Shown one piece after another: positions 8,683 through 17,200 of a DNA stretch of 32,000 nt. Origin of the DNA: Thiobacillus sp. (GTDB lineage Bacteria > Pseudomonadota > Gammaproteobacteria > Burkholderiales > Thiobacillaceae); contig JAUXRY010000013.1 of assembly GCA_030679915.1 (NCBI GenBank), positions 26,631-58,630 on the forward strand. The letters are read 5' to 3'. The number at the start of each line of letters is the position of its first letter. The first letter of the stretch is position 1. Below the pieces are notes generated by a model. That model saw only the letters and a list, made by a program, of their open reading frames with translations. It was not told the origin of the DNA and ran no database searches. The translations under genes and the position numbers were made by a program.

Positions 8683-10161
8683 TTATCTATTGCCGCACGC
8701 GACTGAGAAACGTCCACAAAACGCGATATGAACTTCATAGTTTTTTGAATTCAATCCGAACTGGATTTGCTCATCCGTCATCTGCACACGGTTGTTTCGT
8801 GCAAGAGCAACCTGGACTTGAACGGTAGATCCCCTCAATGCCGCCCAAACGAATGGTTCAAGGGCCGTGTCGGCCTTCGATCCATGGGTGAAAGTTGTAA
8901 AAACAAACGGATTTTCATCCAGCAGTATGGTTTCAAACCTAGCTTGATTAAGCAGATACTCCAGCCGCTCGACACAAGCGCGACGCACCGGGATAACGCG
9001 ATCAACGGTGCAGCGGTCAAGTTGCGGCTCTGTCAGGGTGATGTCCCTTCGTGCGAGAAAGGCCAACCTCACGCGTTGTTCAGAGTCCATCAGGCCGCGT
9101 TCAACTTGTTCTTTGGTTGGCGTAATTTTTTTCATTTGCGCATAGTCCAGACGCGTCATGATCGCTGTACTCGTCAGGCCGGCATCGTTTTGCTCGGGCG
9201 TTGGGTGGAATTCGTCGCGGCTTCTGAACTGACGCGCTACATTCTCATCCGTATGGTTTATTCCGCGATTGACTTGTTCTGGACTCAGGACGACATCGCG
9301 CCGCCGAAGTAAGCCAATACTCACGGAGGGGTCAGCGTCACCGACAATGGCATCGACCTGTCGCGGGGTGGGAGTAAATGCCCCCTGCATAGTCAGGTAC
9401 CTTCTCACGGCCGGGTTGGGCTGATTCAACATCATATCCACGACCTCTTCAGGCAGGGGCCTGTAGTGCCCGATGGCGCGACTGATATCCCCCTCATTTT
9501 TGCCATGGATCAATGCCATCATGGCTTGCTTCTCCGATCCATCCCGTTTTCGTAAAGCGAGAAACAACTTAATGAGCAGGTCATTGCCGGATTCGAGTTG
9601 ATCGACCTGTTTTTTCGTGAGTTGCCTTTGTCCTGAGGCAATCATCAGGTTGAGCTCCCTTGAATTCAAGTCGAGCACGGAGTCAATCAGAGAATCCATA
9701 TCCCTTTCCTTGACCGTGATGTGCGGATTTTCAAGAAGCGCGCGTCCTATATTGGCATCTCTCGTTAAGATGAGCGCCTCAACTTGAGATTCGTTAAGGT
9801 ATGGGTAGTAGGCGATTGCTGCCCGAATTCGGGTTGACCGATGTTTGATCGCCTTAAGAACCAACGCCTCAGGTAATCGAACTTTTTTTGTGACAACTTC
9901 TCCAATCAGGAGGATACGTAAAGAGTCCACCTCGCGCTCCGGTTTAACATAGAGCCCTCTCAGCATTTCATCATCTACGCGCTGCCCCGAGAACAGGGCG
10001 AAGCTGCGGATGAAATCACGCCCACTCTCATCACCCAGTGCCAACTCAACCAATTTCAGTATTTCAGCTTCTTGGTGCGGCAAGGGGGCCGCCGATGATG
10101 GCAGGTGCATGGTCAGCGTGAGGACTGCACTGAGAAGAAAATTGATGAGATTTTTTTTCAT
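8683..10161 (-). CDS. Secreted alpha-helical repeat protein (~28-aa HEAT/LRV-like repeats), function unknown; last gene of the Tad-Rhs cluster
   Basis: N-terminal signal peptide MKKNLINFLLSAVLTLTMHLPSSA/AP. Recurring [LP][ST]xxQ[VL]xxG motif with anchors at aa 267, 295, 323, 351 and 379 (exact 28-aa spacing), and further copies at about 125, 184, 239 and 464. Spot GC is about 48-52%. Confidence 0.7.
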   Translation of the reverse strand: MKKNLINFLLSAVLTLTMHLPSSAAPLPHQEAEILKLVELALGDESGRDFIRSFALFSGQRVDDEMLRGLYVKPEREVDSLRILLIGEVVTKKVRLPEALVLKAIKHRSTRIRAAIAYYPYLNESQVEALILTRDANIGRALLENPHITVKERDMDSLIDSVLDLNSRELNLMIASGQRQLTKKQVDQLESGNDLLIKLFLALRKRDGSEKQAMMALIHGKNEGDISRAIGHYRPLPEEVVDMMLNQPNPAVRRYLTMQGAFTPTPRQVDAIVGDADPSVSIGLLRRRDVVLSPEQVNRGINHTDENVARQFRSRDEFHPTPEQNDAGLTSTAIMTRLDYAQMKKITPTKEQVERGLMDSEQRVRLAFLARRDITLTEPQLDRCTVDRVIPVRRACVERLEYLLNQARFETILLDENPFVFTTFTHGSKADTALEPFVWAALRGSTVQVQVALARNNRVQMTDEQIQFGLNSKNYEVHIAFCGRFSVACGNR

Positions 10162-10211
10162 GAAGGATCAAATTTAGGAAGACGGCAACAAACCCCGTTG
10201 TCATGCGGCCA

Positions 10212-10916
10212 TTAATAATCGGTTTCGATTTTTTGTCCGTTCTTGTCGATGTACCAGCCTTTTCTGACAGCCTTGCCGTTGAAAATTTTGGCCTCCTGAA
10301 AGTCGCCACCGGGCATGTCATGCACGGCCGACACGGAGTATCCGGGCCTGTATCCTGGCCGCCGCTCGATATCCCAGCCGAAGTAAACCCCATTGGGGTG
10401 AAGCCGGAACTTGATGCGCAACATCCCTGGGTCTTTGTGCAGGGATTCCAGCACCGCGTCGGGGATGCGCTCAGCTATCGGGAGGGTGAAGTCGCCGATG
10501 ATGGGTCCGTCCCAATCGATCCCGCCATTTTTCCCCCAGATCGCTTTAGGCTTTTCCCGCCATATCACCCGTACCCAAAGGGGCACACGGGCACTGCCGA
10601 AATCACCGATTGATCGCTTACGAAGGGCGACGCTACCTGAACTGAAAATCGAATAGCCATTATCGCTGTAGATCTTCACACCCTCCATCTCTGCGCCCGC
10701 TACCGCATCCACCACCAACTGGATGCCGATACCGTGGAAGCGCAGTAGCATGGCTTGCTCCTTGGGGCTCAGGGAGTCGTGATACGTCTTTTCGCGTTCC
10801 TCGCCTGCCTTGCGGGCGGCGCGCACTTCGGCTGGGACGCACGCCGTGAGCAAGGGCAAGCCTGCGAGCAGGGCCAACAGTTTGCGTTTCATGGGCTGGT
10901 GTCGGGTGTTTTGCAT
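10212..10916 (-). CDS. Lipoprotein, candidate immunity protein for the Rhs C-terminal lipase
   Basis: Lipobox LLTAC in MQNTRHQPMKRKLLALLAGLPLLTAC/VP. The start is 1 nt after the Rhs stop codon. Its position matches the canonical toxin-immunity order. The immunity role is inference. Confidence 0.72.
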   Translation of the reverse strand: MQNTRHQPMKRKLLALLAGLPLLTACVPAEVRAARKAGEEREKTYHDSLSPKEQAMLLRFHGIGIQLVVDAVAGAEMEGVKIYSDNGYSIFSSGSVALRKRSIGDFGSARVPLWVRVIWREKPKAIWGKNGGIDWDGPIIGDFTLPIAERIPDAVLESLHKDPGMLRIKFRLHPNGVYFGWDIERRPGYRPGYSVSAVHDMPGGDFQEAKIFNGKAVRKGWYIDKNGQKIETDY

Positions 10917-10917
10917 C

Positions 10918-13900
10918 TTACTGTACCGTCAGGTTGATGTTATAGCCATTGGCATTGAGCCATTTCAGATAGCCCTGCATATCAATCGTCCCCGTCTGAT
11001 TAGTCGTGTAGCCAAACGAGTTCTTGGGCAGGTCCGAACGCTCGGTATAGGTGATGAACTGCTCGGTATCGGCAAAGGTCATGCCGGTACCGGTCATTTT
11101 GCGCTGCGTGGTCTTGGCGGTGATTTTGCCCTTGTCGTCGCGATAGCGCACTTCCCGATCCTCCGCGCCCGAGCCCGAAATTGACGTGGTCGGGATGTCG
11201 TAGTCGTTATTCCACGCGCTGTCGTTGACGATGGGCGAGCCCGCTTTGGGGGAACCAAAGCGGATGGCATCGCTTTTATCATGGATGACGGGGTTGGCAA
11301 TGATGGTATTGGGTGGCGACTTCATCGTTACTCCGGCAGCCTCGGCCTGATCGATCATCCACACTAGGGCGACTTGCGCCAACTGGTTTTCGTTAGGGCC
11401 AAATCCGCCGCCAATGTCGGCGTGGGCGCCGATGAAGCCACGCTCAATATGGGTCTGCCCAAAGGGCACGGTTCCGCCCATAATGGACTCCAGCGGAAAC
11501 CCGCCCCAGGAATGGGTATCCCAAGGCTTGGCACGCCCGAGCGGCAGTGTATGGTCTCGGAACTCGTTCAGGGCGACAGCCTGCGCCACATACTGAAAGC
11601 CGGGCACGATATTGAAGTTGTAACTGGTACCAGACCAATTGTCACTTAGCACGGTGTCCCACAGACCCATGAAGCGGAAGTTTATTTTTTGGCAGTATTG
11701 TTTCCCGTCACGGACGTAGCGGTAGGCGCCGTTGATGGTGTTTGCGTTGATGCGGTTGGCAAATTCGCGCGCCTGCGCCGCACCGCGGCTAAAACCAACG
11801 ATGTCAATGTCCATGGCTATCCCATCATCAAAAGCATCCGCTTCGTCTTTGAAATACTCCACCATGCGCTCGATGCGTTCCGGTCCGCTCCAGTTGACGC
11901 CGGTATCCAGCAGTGGCGCGTTGATGTCGCTGTACGCAGAGCCATCGGGTTCTTTGTGCACGACACCAACACCAGTGATGTAGCGCTTGTTTCCATCGTT
12001 ATACAAATCATAGAAATTCCACACATTCGACAGAGAACTGTCGTTCTTGGCCAACCAAGCCAGGTCCTTCGTATTCTCCGTTCCATCAAACGCAAACAAT
12101 ATCAACCCCCACGGATCGATATAACTCAGCGGGTTGTTGTTGACGTACGCGTAGGTATTGGGGCTGCCCAATACTTCAGCCAGCCTACCCAGCGGATCTG
12201 GACTTAGGTAGCGGCCTGCTTGCGGGTCGTAATAGCGGATGTCGTTGTAATACAGCCCACTCTCGGCATCTTCCCACTGGCCGGGCAAGCGCAGGGCCAG
12301 GGTGTAGATGGATTTATTACTTGGAGATGCACTGGTTTTAATCAGCCGGCCATAGGGTGCATAGTCGGTCTGCCATAAGGTTTGCCCTTTGCGGTCGGTG
12401 GCGGCAATGGGCGCACCCAGATGGTTGACGTGGACAAAGGCAATACTGTCTTCATTGCCAGTAAGGCTGGTCCACAGTGCTTGGGCAGTTTGGGTCAGCT
12501 CTGCGAAGAAATCATCGGCAGGTGCGTGTAGTGCTTTGGGTTGTTTAGTATCCAAAGTGGCAATGAGCTGATCAGCCAGCCAAAGATATTGCCGGATGAT
12601 ATGACCGTTGGCGTCGAGGTCGGCAATGCGCTGGCGTTGAGCGTTATAAAGGGCATAGGTTGATTCACTGCCCACCTGTTTGCTGACGCGAAGACCGTGA
12701 TGGTCATAGCGATAGTGGGCAATGTCTTTGTTTGCCTGCCGAATGGTGATGAGTTGGCCCTGGGCATTCCAGACGTATTCGCGACCCAGCTCAGGCGGGG
12801 TCAACATGGCATTGCTGGCGGAATCGTAGCTGGCTTTGCGGGTGTGGCCCATCTCGGTGACGGGAACATTTTCTTGTGCGAGATCACGGTTGCCTTTGCG
12901 GTCGTAGCGATAACGCCAAGCACTGGGCGCACTTGCCGCATTGGTCACTTTGACTGTCGCTGACATGCCAGAGGATTGCGCAGCGACCAGCTGCGATTGC
13001 CGATCGTAGGCATAGGCTTGGCTGTGCTGCACGCCCTGTCCTTGCTGTTCTTGCAGCAGCACATTGCCAGCGCCATCGTAAATCAATCGTGCGTCGAATA
13101 AGGCCAGCGGATTAGCTGGGAGGCCCAGTGCGCCGGGGAGTTTTCTAGGGGCATCGGCCGGTGTTTGTGCATGCGCTACAGGTAGAAGCTTACTCAACAA
13201 GCTTTCAAGAATGGGTTGCCTGACAGCCTCCCGAGAAGCGGCGGCGATACGTGCAGAATTAACTGCCATGCCTTTAGGGCGGGTGTACACCACGCGTGCC
13301 AATATGCCCTGCTTGCTGCGTTGCCATTGGCCCTGAATGCCGTTGCCGTAGGTCACGCTACGCAGGCCAATCAGGTCGCGTTCCAGATCTTTAACGAGGG
13401 TGGTTTTGCCCCAGCCGAATAATGTCCATGGGCTGCTTTGCTGGCTCACGGCTACAACCTGGCCCTGGCCGTTGCGCTCGTAATTGATTTGGGTGCCGTC
13501 GGGTAGGCTTTGGCTTTGCAGGCTGCCATCGGCGGTGTAGCGGTAACAGGTTACGTGGGTAGCTACAGCGCCGTTATTCAACCTGAGGGTGTCGGTTTTG
13601 ATGGCTGGCTGGCCACGCTCGTTGTAGGTGATGCGTTCGGACTGGTTGGGATGAACGACTTCAGCCAGCCGACCCTGCTTATCGCGCCAGGTTGTGGTTT
13701 GTGGCTCGCCTGTTTTTGGAATAATACTGAGGCGTATGCGCTGGCCGGTCAGGTCGTAGGCGTAGATTTGTATGTCGCCTTGGTCATTGCGCTGCTGAAT
13801 GAGTTGGTCAGCTGCGTTGTATTGCTTGATGGTGCTGCCATGGCTGGGACTTATAACGCTGACAGTGCGGCCAAAATCATCCTTCAGTGTTTGGAAAGCT

Positions 13901-16143
13901 GACTGACTACGCGGCCGCTGGGCATTCGAGCTTTTACCGTAAACAATATTGCGCACACTGCCGGTGTTGTCTGCCACCTGGACGAGGCGATTGAGTACGT
14001 CATATCGATACTGCTCGGTTTGCTCAAAGCTGCGGGTTTGTACGGTGCTGCTGAGCAGATTGCCTTCGGTGTCGTAGCGGGCGCGTTTGAGTATGCCCAG
14101 CGCTTCGGCCTGCCATAACAGGCGGCCGGCCACGTCGTAGGCTAGTCGGGTTTGCGGGCGGTAAGGTTCTACTGCTCCACGTTCAGATGTGTCAGGCGCG
14201 TTAATCTGGCCACCCATTCCTGTTTCGATCATGTGGCCCAGCGCGTCGTAACGATAACGCTGCACCGTTGGTTGGATGCCGGCCTGTTCCCAATTCTGCC
14301 CACTGCTGGATGTTTGAATGAGTTGGCTTCCCGCATCGTAGGTGAAAGTGGTTTTGAAATTGTCGGCGTTGCTGACCACTGCAATGCGACCGACCGCATC
14401 ATATTTAACCGTGCTCGTTTGACTGCCCGGTGGTGTCATCACCACTACTGCATTACCCCGCCCATCCCACTCAATCCGCGTGACATCCGAATCCACCGGA
14501 CTGTTCTTCGGCCCGTTCTTCAACGGCCCATCGATCTGGCTCAGCAGGCTGCGGCCATTGATCGTTTGGTAGGTGTAAGTGGTGGTGCGGCTGATCGGGG
14601 TAGCGGTGGTCTGCCCCTTGTCATCCAGCGGACTGAAGCCGGTTTCGGTGACCTGTGTAGGTTGGCCCAGTGCGTTGGTGCTGATGCGAACCTGATGTTC
14701 ACGGCCGGGAATAACGCTGGGGCGGGCGATGAGACTGGGCTGGTTGGTATCGCCAGCGTATTCGTAGCGCACCTGCAGTTGGGCGGGCTGGGGGTTGCCG
14801 TTTATATAGGCAACGGTGTCGATGCGGAGGGGCCGGCCCGGGTTGTCGCGTTCGGTTTGGGTGGTGAGGCGCGGCTGGCCGCTGGGGCTGAGTTGGGTGT
14901 GTTCGGTTAAGCGGCCGAGTCTGTCGTAGCCGTATTTGACGTTGGACTCGCCGCAGCTGGCGCAGCCGGGGCCGCGCACGTCGAGCAGGCGGTGTTCGTT
15001 GCCGACGATGGCGTGGCTGTAGGTGGTTTGTTGGCCAAGGCTGTTGGTGAGGGTGGTCTTGCCGGGGGAGAAGGTGAGGTTGACCTGTTCGAGGCCGCGT
15101 CCTGAGTTTGCCGAAGGGCCGGTGCCGGGAACAGGCTTGCCGTCTGTGCCGAGTTGCCGGGGCAGGCCTTTGACGCTGAGGATGCCGCGACCCTGGTTGT
15201 CGTAAGCCCAGGTGGAGATGCGTTGAGGCTTGCCCTGCCCTGCCACGCTCAGCCCGGTTAGCAGGGTGGCGTGCGCGGCATCTTCGTAGTGGTAGTGGCG
15301 GCTGGTTGTATTGGGGAAGGTGACGGCGACGAGGTTGGCCAGGAGGTCGCGCGGGTTGCCGGTGTAGGCTTGGGGAGCAGCGCTGCCGTAGGCATAGCTG
15401 AAGCGGCCGACGGGGCTTTCGATATGGGTGACGCCGTTGAAGCGGCTGGGGTCGCGTTTGCCGGGGTAGCCGAGGACGAGGCTGCGGCCCTGGGGGTCGG
15501 TGACTTTGACGAGGACGCCGGTAAGGTCGCGGGTGAGGCTGGCAAATTCGCCGGTGGGGGCGCGGATTTCAGTGAGTTTGCCTTGTGTGTTGAAGATGAG
15601 GATGCGGCCGTTATTCCAGGTCCAGCGGTATTCGTCTCCGCGTTGGGTTTTATGGATGGTAACGCTGCCGTTTGCAGGGTTGTTGGTGGCGCACAGGTTG
15701 GGGTTGTTGCGGTTGCGGATGAAGATGATGCGGGTGCCGTCGGCCTGCATGATCTGCAAGGTGTTGCCGATGGGGTTGAGATCGGTTTCGTAAGAAAGGC
15801 GCCAGCCGCGGCCGAGCACGCCGTTGGACGACCGGGGATCGGCGTGCACGCTGTTGTAGTGACGAACGATTTCCAGGCCGAGCACACCGGGCAAGGCAGG
15901 CAAGTCGACTTCACGCTGATACTTGTTGCCGGTGATGAGGTTGATGGGGTTGCCGGCACCCTGGTTGGTGTCTGAGGTATTGCCCTGGCTGGCGGGACCT
16001 TCTCCTCCGCAAGGGGAACCCGAGTCGCCCGGTCCGCACTGGGTGGGAGTGACGCCTGGGGGGAGTTCGGCTTGTGCCGGCAGAGCGAATAGCAGGCTGC
16101 CGATCAGTAACAGCAGGAGGGTAAAGGCGCGCAGGGGGGTCAT
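10918..16143 (-). CDS. Rhs/YD-repeat toxin with an N-terminal Sec signal peptide and a C-terminal DUF2235 (Tle1-like) phospholipase domain
   Basis: 1741-aa ORF. Signal peptide MTPLRAFTLLLLLIGSLLFALPAQA/E. Rhs entry motif GNPINLITGNKYQREVDLP and many YD-type repeats (YxYDxxGxL-like). Core end motifs RYYDPQAGRYLSPDP and NNPLSYIDPWGL. The C-terminus has FDGTEN, GFSRG and FMGLWDTV. Confidence 0.93.
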   Translation of the reverse strand: MTPLRAFTLLLLLIGSLLFALPAQAELPPGVTPTQCGPGDSGSPCGGEGPASQGNTSDTNQGAGNPINLITGNKYQREVDLPALPGVLGLEIVRHYNSVHADPRSSNGVLGRGWRLSYETDLNPIGNTLQIMQADGTRIIFIRNRNNPNLCATNNPANGSVTIHKTQRGDEYRWTWNNGRILIFNTQGKLTEIRAPTGEFASLTRDLTGVLVKVTDPQGRSLVLGYPGKRDPSRFNGVTHIESPVGRFSYAYGSAAPQAYTGNPRDLLANLVAVTFPNTTSRHYHYEDAAHATLLTGLSVAGQGKPQRISTWAYDNQGRGILSVKGLPRQLGTDGKPVPGTGPSANSGRGLEQVNLTFSPGKTTLTNSLGQQTTYSHAIVGNEHRLLDVRGPGCASCGESNVKYGYDRLGRLTEHTQLSPSGQPRLTTQTERDNPGRPLRIDTVAYINGNPQPAQLQVRYEYAGDTNQPSLIARPSVIPGREHQVRISTNALGQPTQVTETGFSPLDDKGQTTATPISRTTTYTYQTINGRSLLSQIDGPLKNGPKNSPVDSDVTRIEWDGRGNAVVVMTPPGSQTSTVKYDAVGRIAVVSNADNFKTTFTYDAGSQLIQTSSSGQNWEQAGIQPTVQRYRYDALGHMIETGMGGQINAPDTSERGAVEPYRPQTRLAYDVAGRLLWQAEALGILKRARYDTEGNLLSSTVQTRSFEQTEQYRYDVLNRLVQVADNTGSVRNIVYGKSSNAQRPRSQSAFQTLKDDFGRTVSVISPSHGSTIKQYNAADQLIQQRNDQGDIQIYAYDLTGQRIRLSIIPKTGEPQTTTWRDKQGRLAEVVHPNQSERITYNERGQPAIKTDTLRLNNGAVATHVTCYRYTADGSLQSQSLPDGTQINYERNGQGQVVAVSQQSSPWTLFGWGKTTLVKDLERDLIGLRSVTYGNGIQGQWQRSKQGILARVVYTRPKGMAVNSARIAAASREAVRQPILESLLSKLLPVAHAQTPADAPRKLPGALGLPANPLALFDARLIYDGAGNVLLQEQQGQGVQHSQAYAYDRQSQLVAAQSSGMSATVKVTNAASAPSAWRYRYDRKGNRDLAQENVPVTEMGHTRKASYDSASNAMLTPPELGREYVWNAQGQLITIRQANKDIAHYRYDHHGLRVSKQVGSESTYALYNAQRQRIADLDANGHIIRQYLWLADQLIATLDTKQPKALHAPADDFFAELTQTAQALWTSLTGNEDSIAFVHVNHLGAPIAATDRKGQTLWQTDYAPYGRLIKTSASPSNKSIYTLALRLPGQWEDAESGLYYNDIRYYDPQAGRYLSPDPLGRLAEVLGSPNTYAYVNNNPLSYIDPWGLILFAFDGTENTKDLAWLAKNDSSLSNVWNFYDLYNDGNKRYITGVGVVHKEPDGSAYSDINAPLLDTGVNWSGPERIERMVEYFKDEADAFDDGIAMDIDIVGFSRGAAQAREFANRINANTINGAYRYVRDGKQYCQKINFRFMGLWDTVLSDNWSGTSYNFNIVPGFQYVAQAVALNEFRDHTLPLGRAKPWDTHSWGGFPLESIMGGTVPFGQTHIERGFIGAHADIGGGFGPNENQLAQVALVWMIDQAEAAGVTMKSPPNTIIANPVIHDKSDAIRFGSPKAGSPIVNDSAWNNDYDIPTTSISGSGAEDREVRYRDDKGKITAKTTQRKMTGTGMTFADTEQFITYTERSDLPKNSFGYTTNQTGTIDMQGYLKWLNANGYNINLTVQ
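10921..12102 (-). other. Rhs C-terminal toxin module (394 aa after DPWGL): DUF2235/Tle1-like alpha/beta-hydrolase lipase plus a ~130-aa unassigned tail
   Basis: The DPWGL boundary is encoded at 12103-12117. The GxSxG nucleophile elbow GFSRG is at 11782-11796 (ggttttagccgcggt on the minus strand). FAFDGTEN and GLWDTV motifs are typical of DUF2235. Confidence 0.8.
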
Positions 16144-17186
16144 CGTTTGATCGAATCAAGAATCGAAGGAGGATTGTTTGAAGGGATGCTCGACATCTGC
16201 GGAACGTCATCCGGGTCGATCTCACCATTGGCCAACAGACAGCAGTAGTTCTTGCCGCAGCCGGGGTCGCAACTCACGTCGCCCACCTGGCAGCCTGGAG
16301 GGCGGCAACCATTGGGGTCGGTGCTGGCATCGCATTGCGGGGTAGGTGTGCATGCCGGGTTGCTGACCGGGCACTTTGGCAATTCGCCATTTCCAGGCCC
16401 GGGGTCTTGGCCCGGACCTGGGTCTTTGGGCACCCCTTCATTGCCGGGACCGGGGCTGCTGGCGTTAGCGTTTTCATAGGCCGCGCTTTGCATGCGCATG
16501 ACGGTGTGGGTGACGACGGGGATGCGCCCGGCTGCAACCAGCCCCTGACGAAAAGAATCGGTGTCGCCGCCGTTCAAGAATCCGAGCGCCCAGGTCATGA
16601 AACGGCCGGCCAACGGAATCTGCTTGCGATCGGGAATACCGTAAGTAATACGGATTTTGAGGAGGTTGGCGTCGAGCAGGGTCTGGCCGCTTTTATTGAC
16701 CTTGGGGTCGTTGTTGCAGCCGGGCACATCCACCGGGCATTTAATAAAGGCCAAGTTGCTGTTGGGAATGACGCGCGATGAGATGCCGAGTTTCGCCTTG
16801 AGACCAGAACTGGCGTAATCATCAAAGCTCTCTTTGGTGGGAGAAAGAATTTCGACGCGAACGAAAGCGGCGTCGGCAGCAGCCCTGGCATAGGATGTAG
16901 CGAGCTGGGCGGTGGTGGTGCCACCGCCGTAATAGCCGGTCATGGCGCGTGTGAAGGCGGTGCGGATGGCGGTGGGGTCGGCGTTGGAGACACTACCCGC
17001 TCGAGCAGCTTCATAGGTGGCGTAGTTGAGCTGGCTCTTGGCGTGGTATAGCAGGCCATACTGAATGAGGTTCATCAGCACAAACAGCAAGGTGGGCGCA
17101 ACGATGACGAACTCGACCAGAGTGGCGCCGGCCTGGAATACCGAAGGGCGCTGCGGATGTATGGAAACAGGATTGAAGGCGCGCAT
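16140..17186 (-). CDS. TadE-like pseudopilin with a Gly/Pro linker and a Cys-rich C-terminal module
   Basis: N-terminus ...FQAG/ATLVEFVIVAPTLLFVLM (G/xxxxEF prepilin-like motif plus TadE-type hydrophobic helix). C-terminus has a SSPGPGNEGVPKDPGPGQDPGPGNGELP linker, then 9 Cys within aa 272-316. Its stop overlaps the Rhs start (ATGA at 16140-16143). Confidence 0.8.
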   Translation of the reverse strand: MRAFNPVSIHPQRPSVFQAGATLVEFVIVAPTLLFVLMNLIQYGLLYHAKSQLNYATYEAARAGSVSNADPTAIRTAFTRAMTGYYGGGTTTAQLATSYARAAADAAFVRVEILSPTKESFDDYASSGLKAKLGISSRVIPNSNLAFIKCPVDVPGCNNDPKVNKSGQTLLDANLLKIRITYGIPDRKQIPLAGRFMTWALGFLNGGDTDSFRQGLVAAGRIPVVTHTVMRMQSAAYENANASSPGPGNEGVPKDPGPGQDPGPGNGELPKCPVSNPACTPTPQCDASTDPNGCRPPGCQVGDVSCDPGCGKNYCCLLANGEIDPDDVPQMSSIPSNNPPSILDSIKR

Positions 17187-17200
17187 GGAAAAGGGAAGTT

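Noticed and set aside
12389-15975. Multiple ORFs inside the Rhs gene on the plus strand or in alternative minus frames (for example 14152-14910, 15271-15975, 15258-15959, 13510-13902)
   Set aside because: They are fully nested in the 5.2-kb Rhs ORF. Their Ala/Gly/Pro/Thr-rich translations are characteristic of alternative frames of YD-repeat, GC-rich coding sequence.
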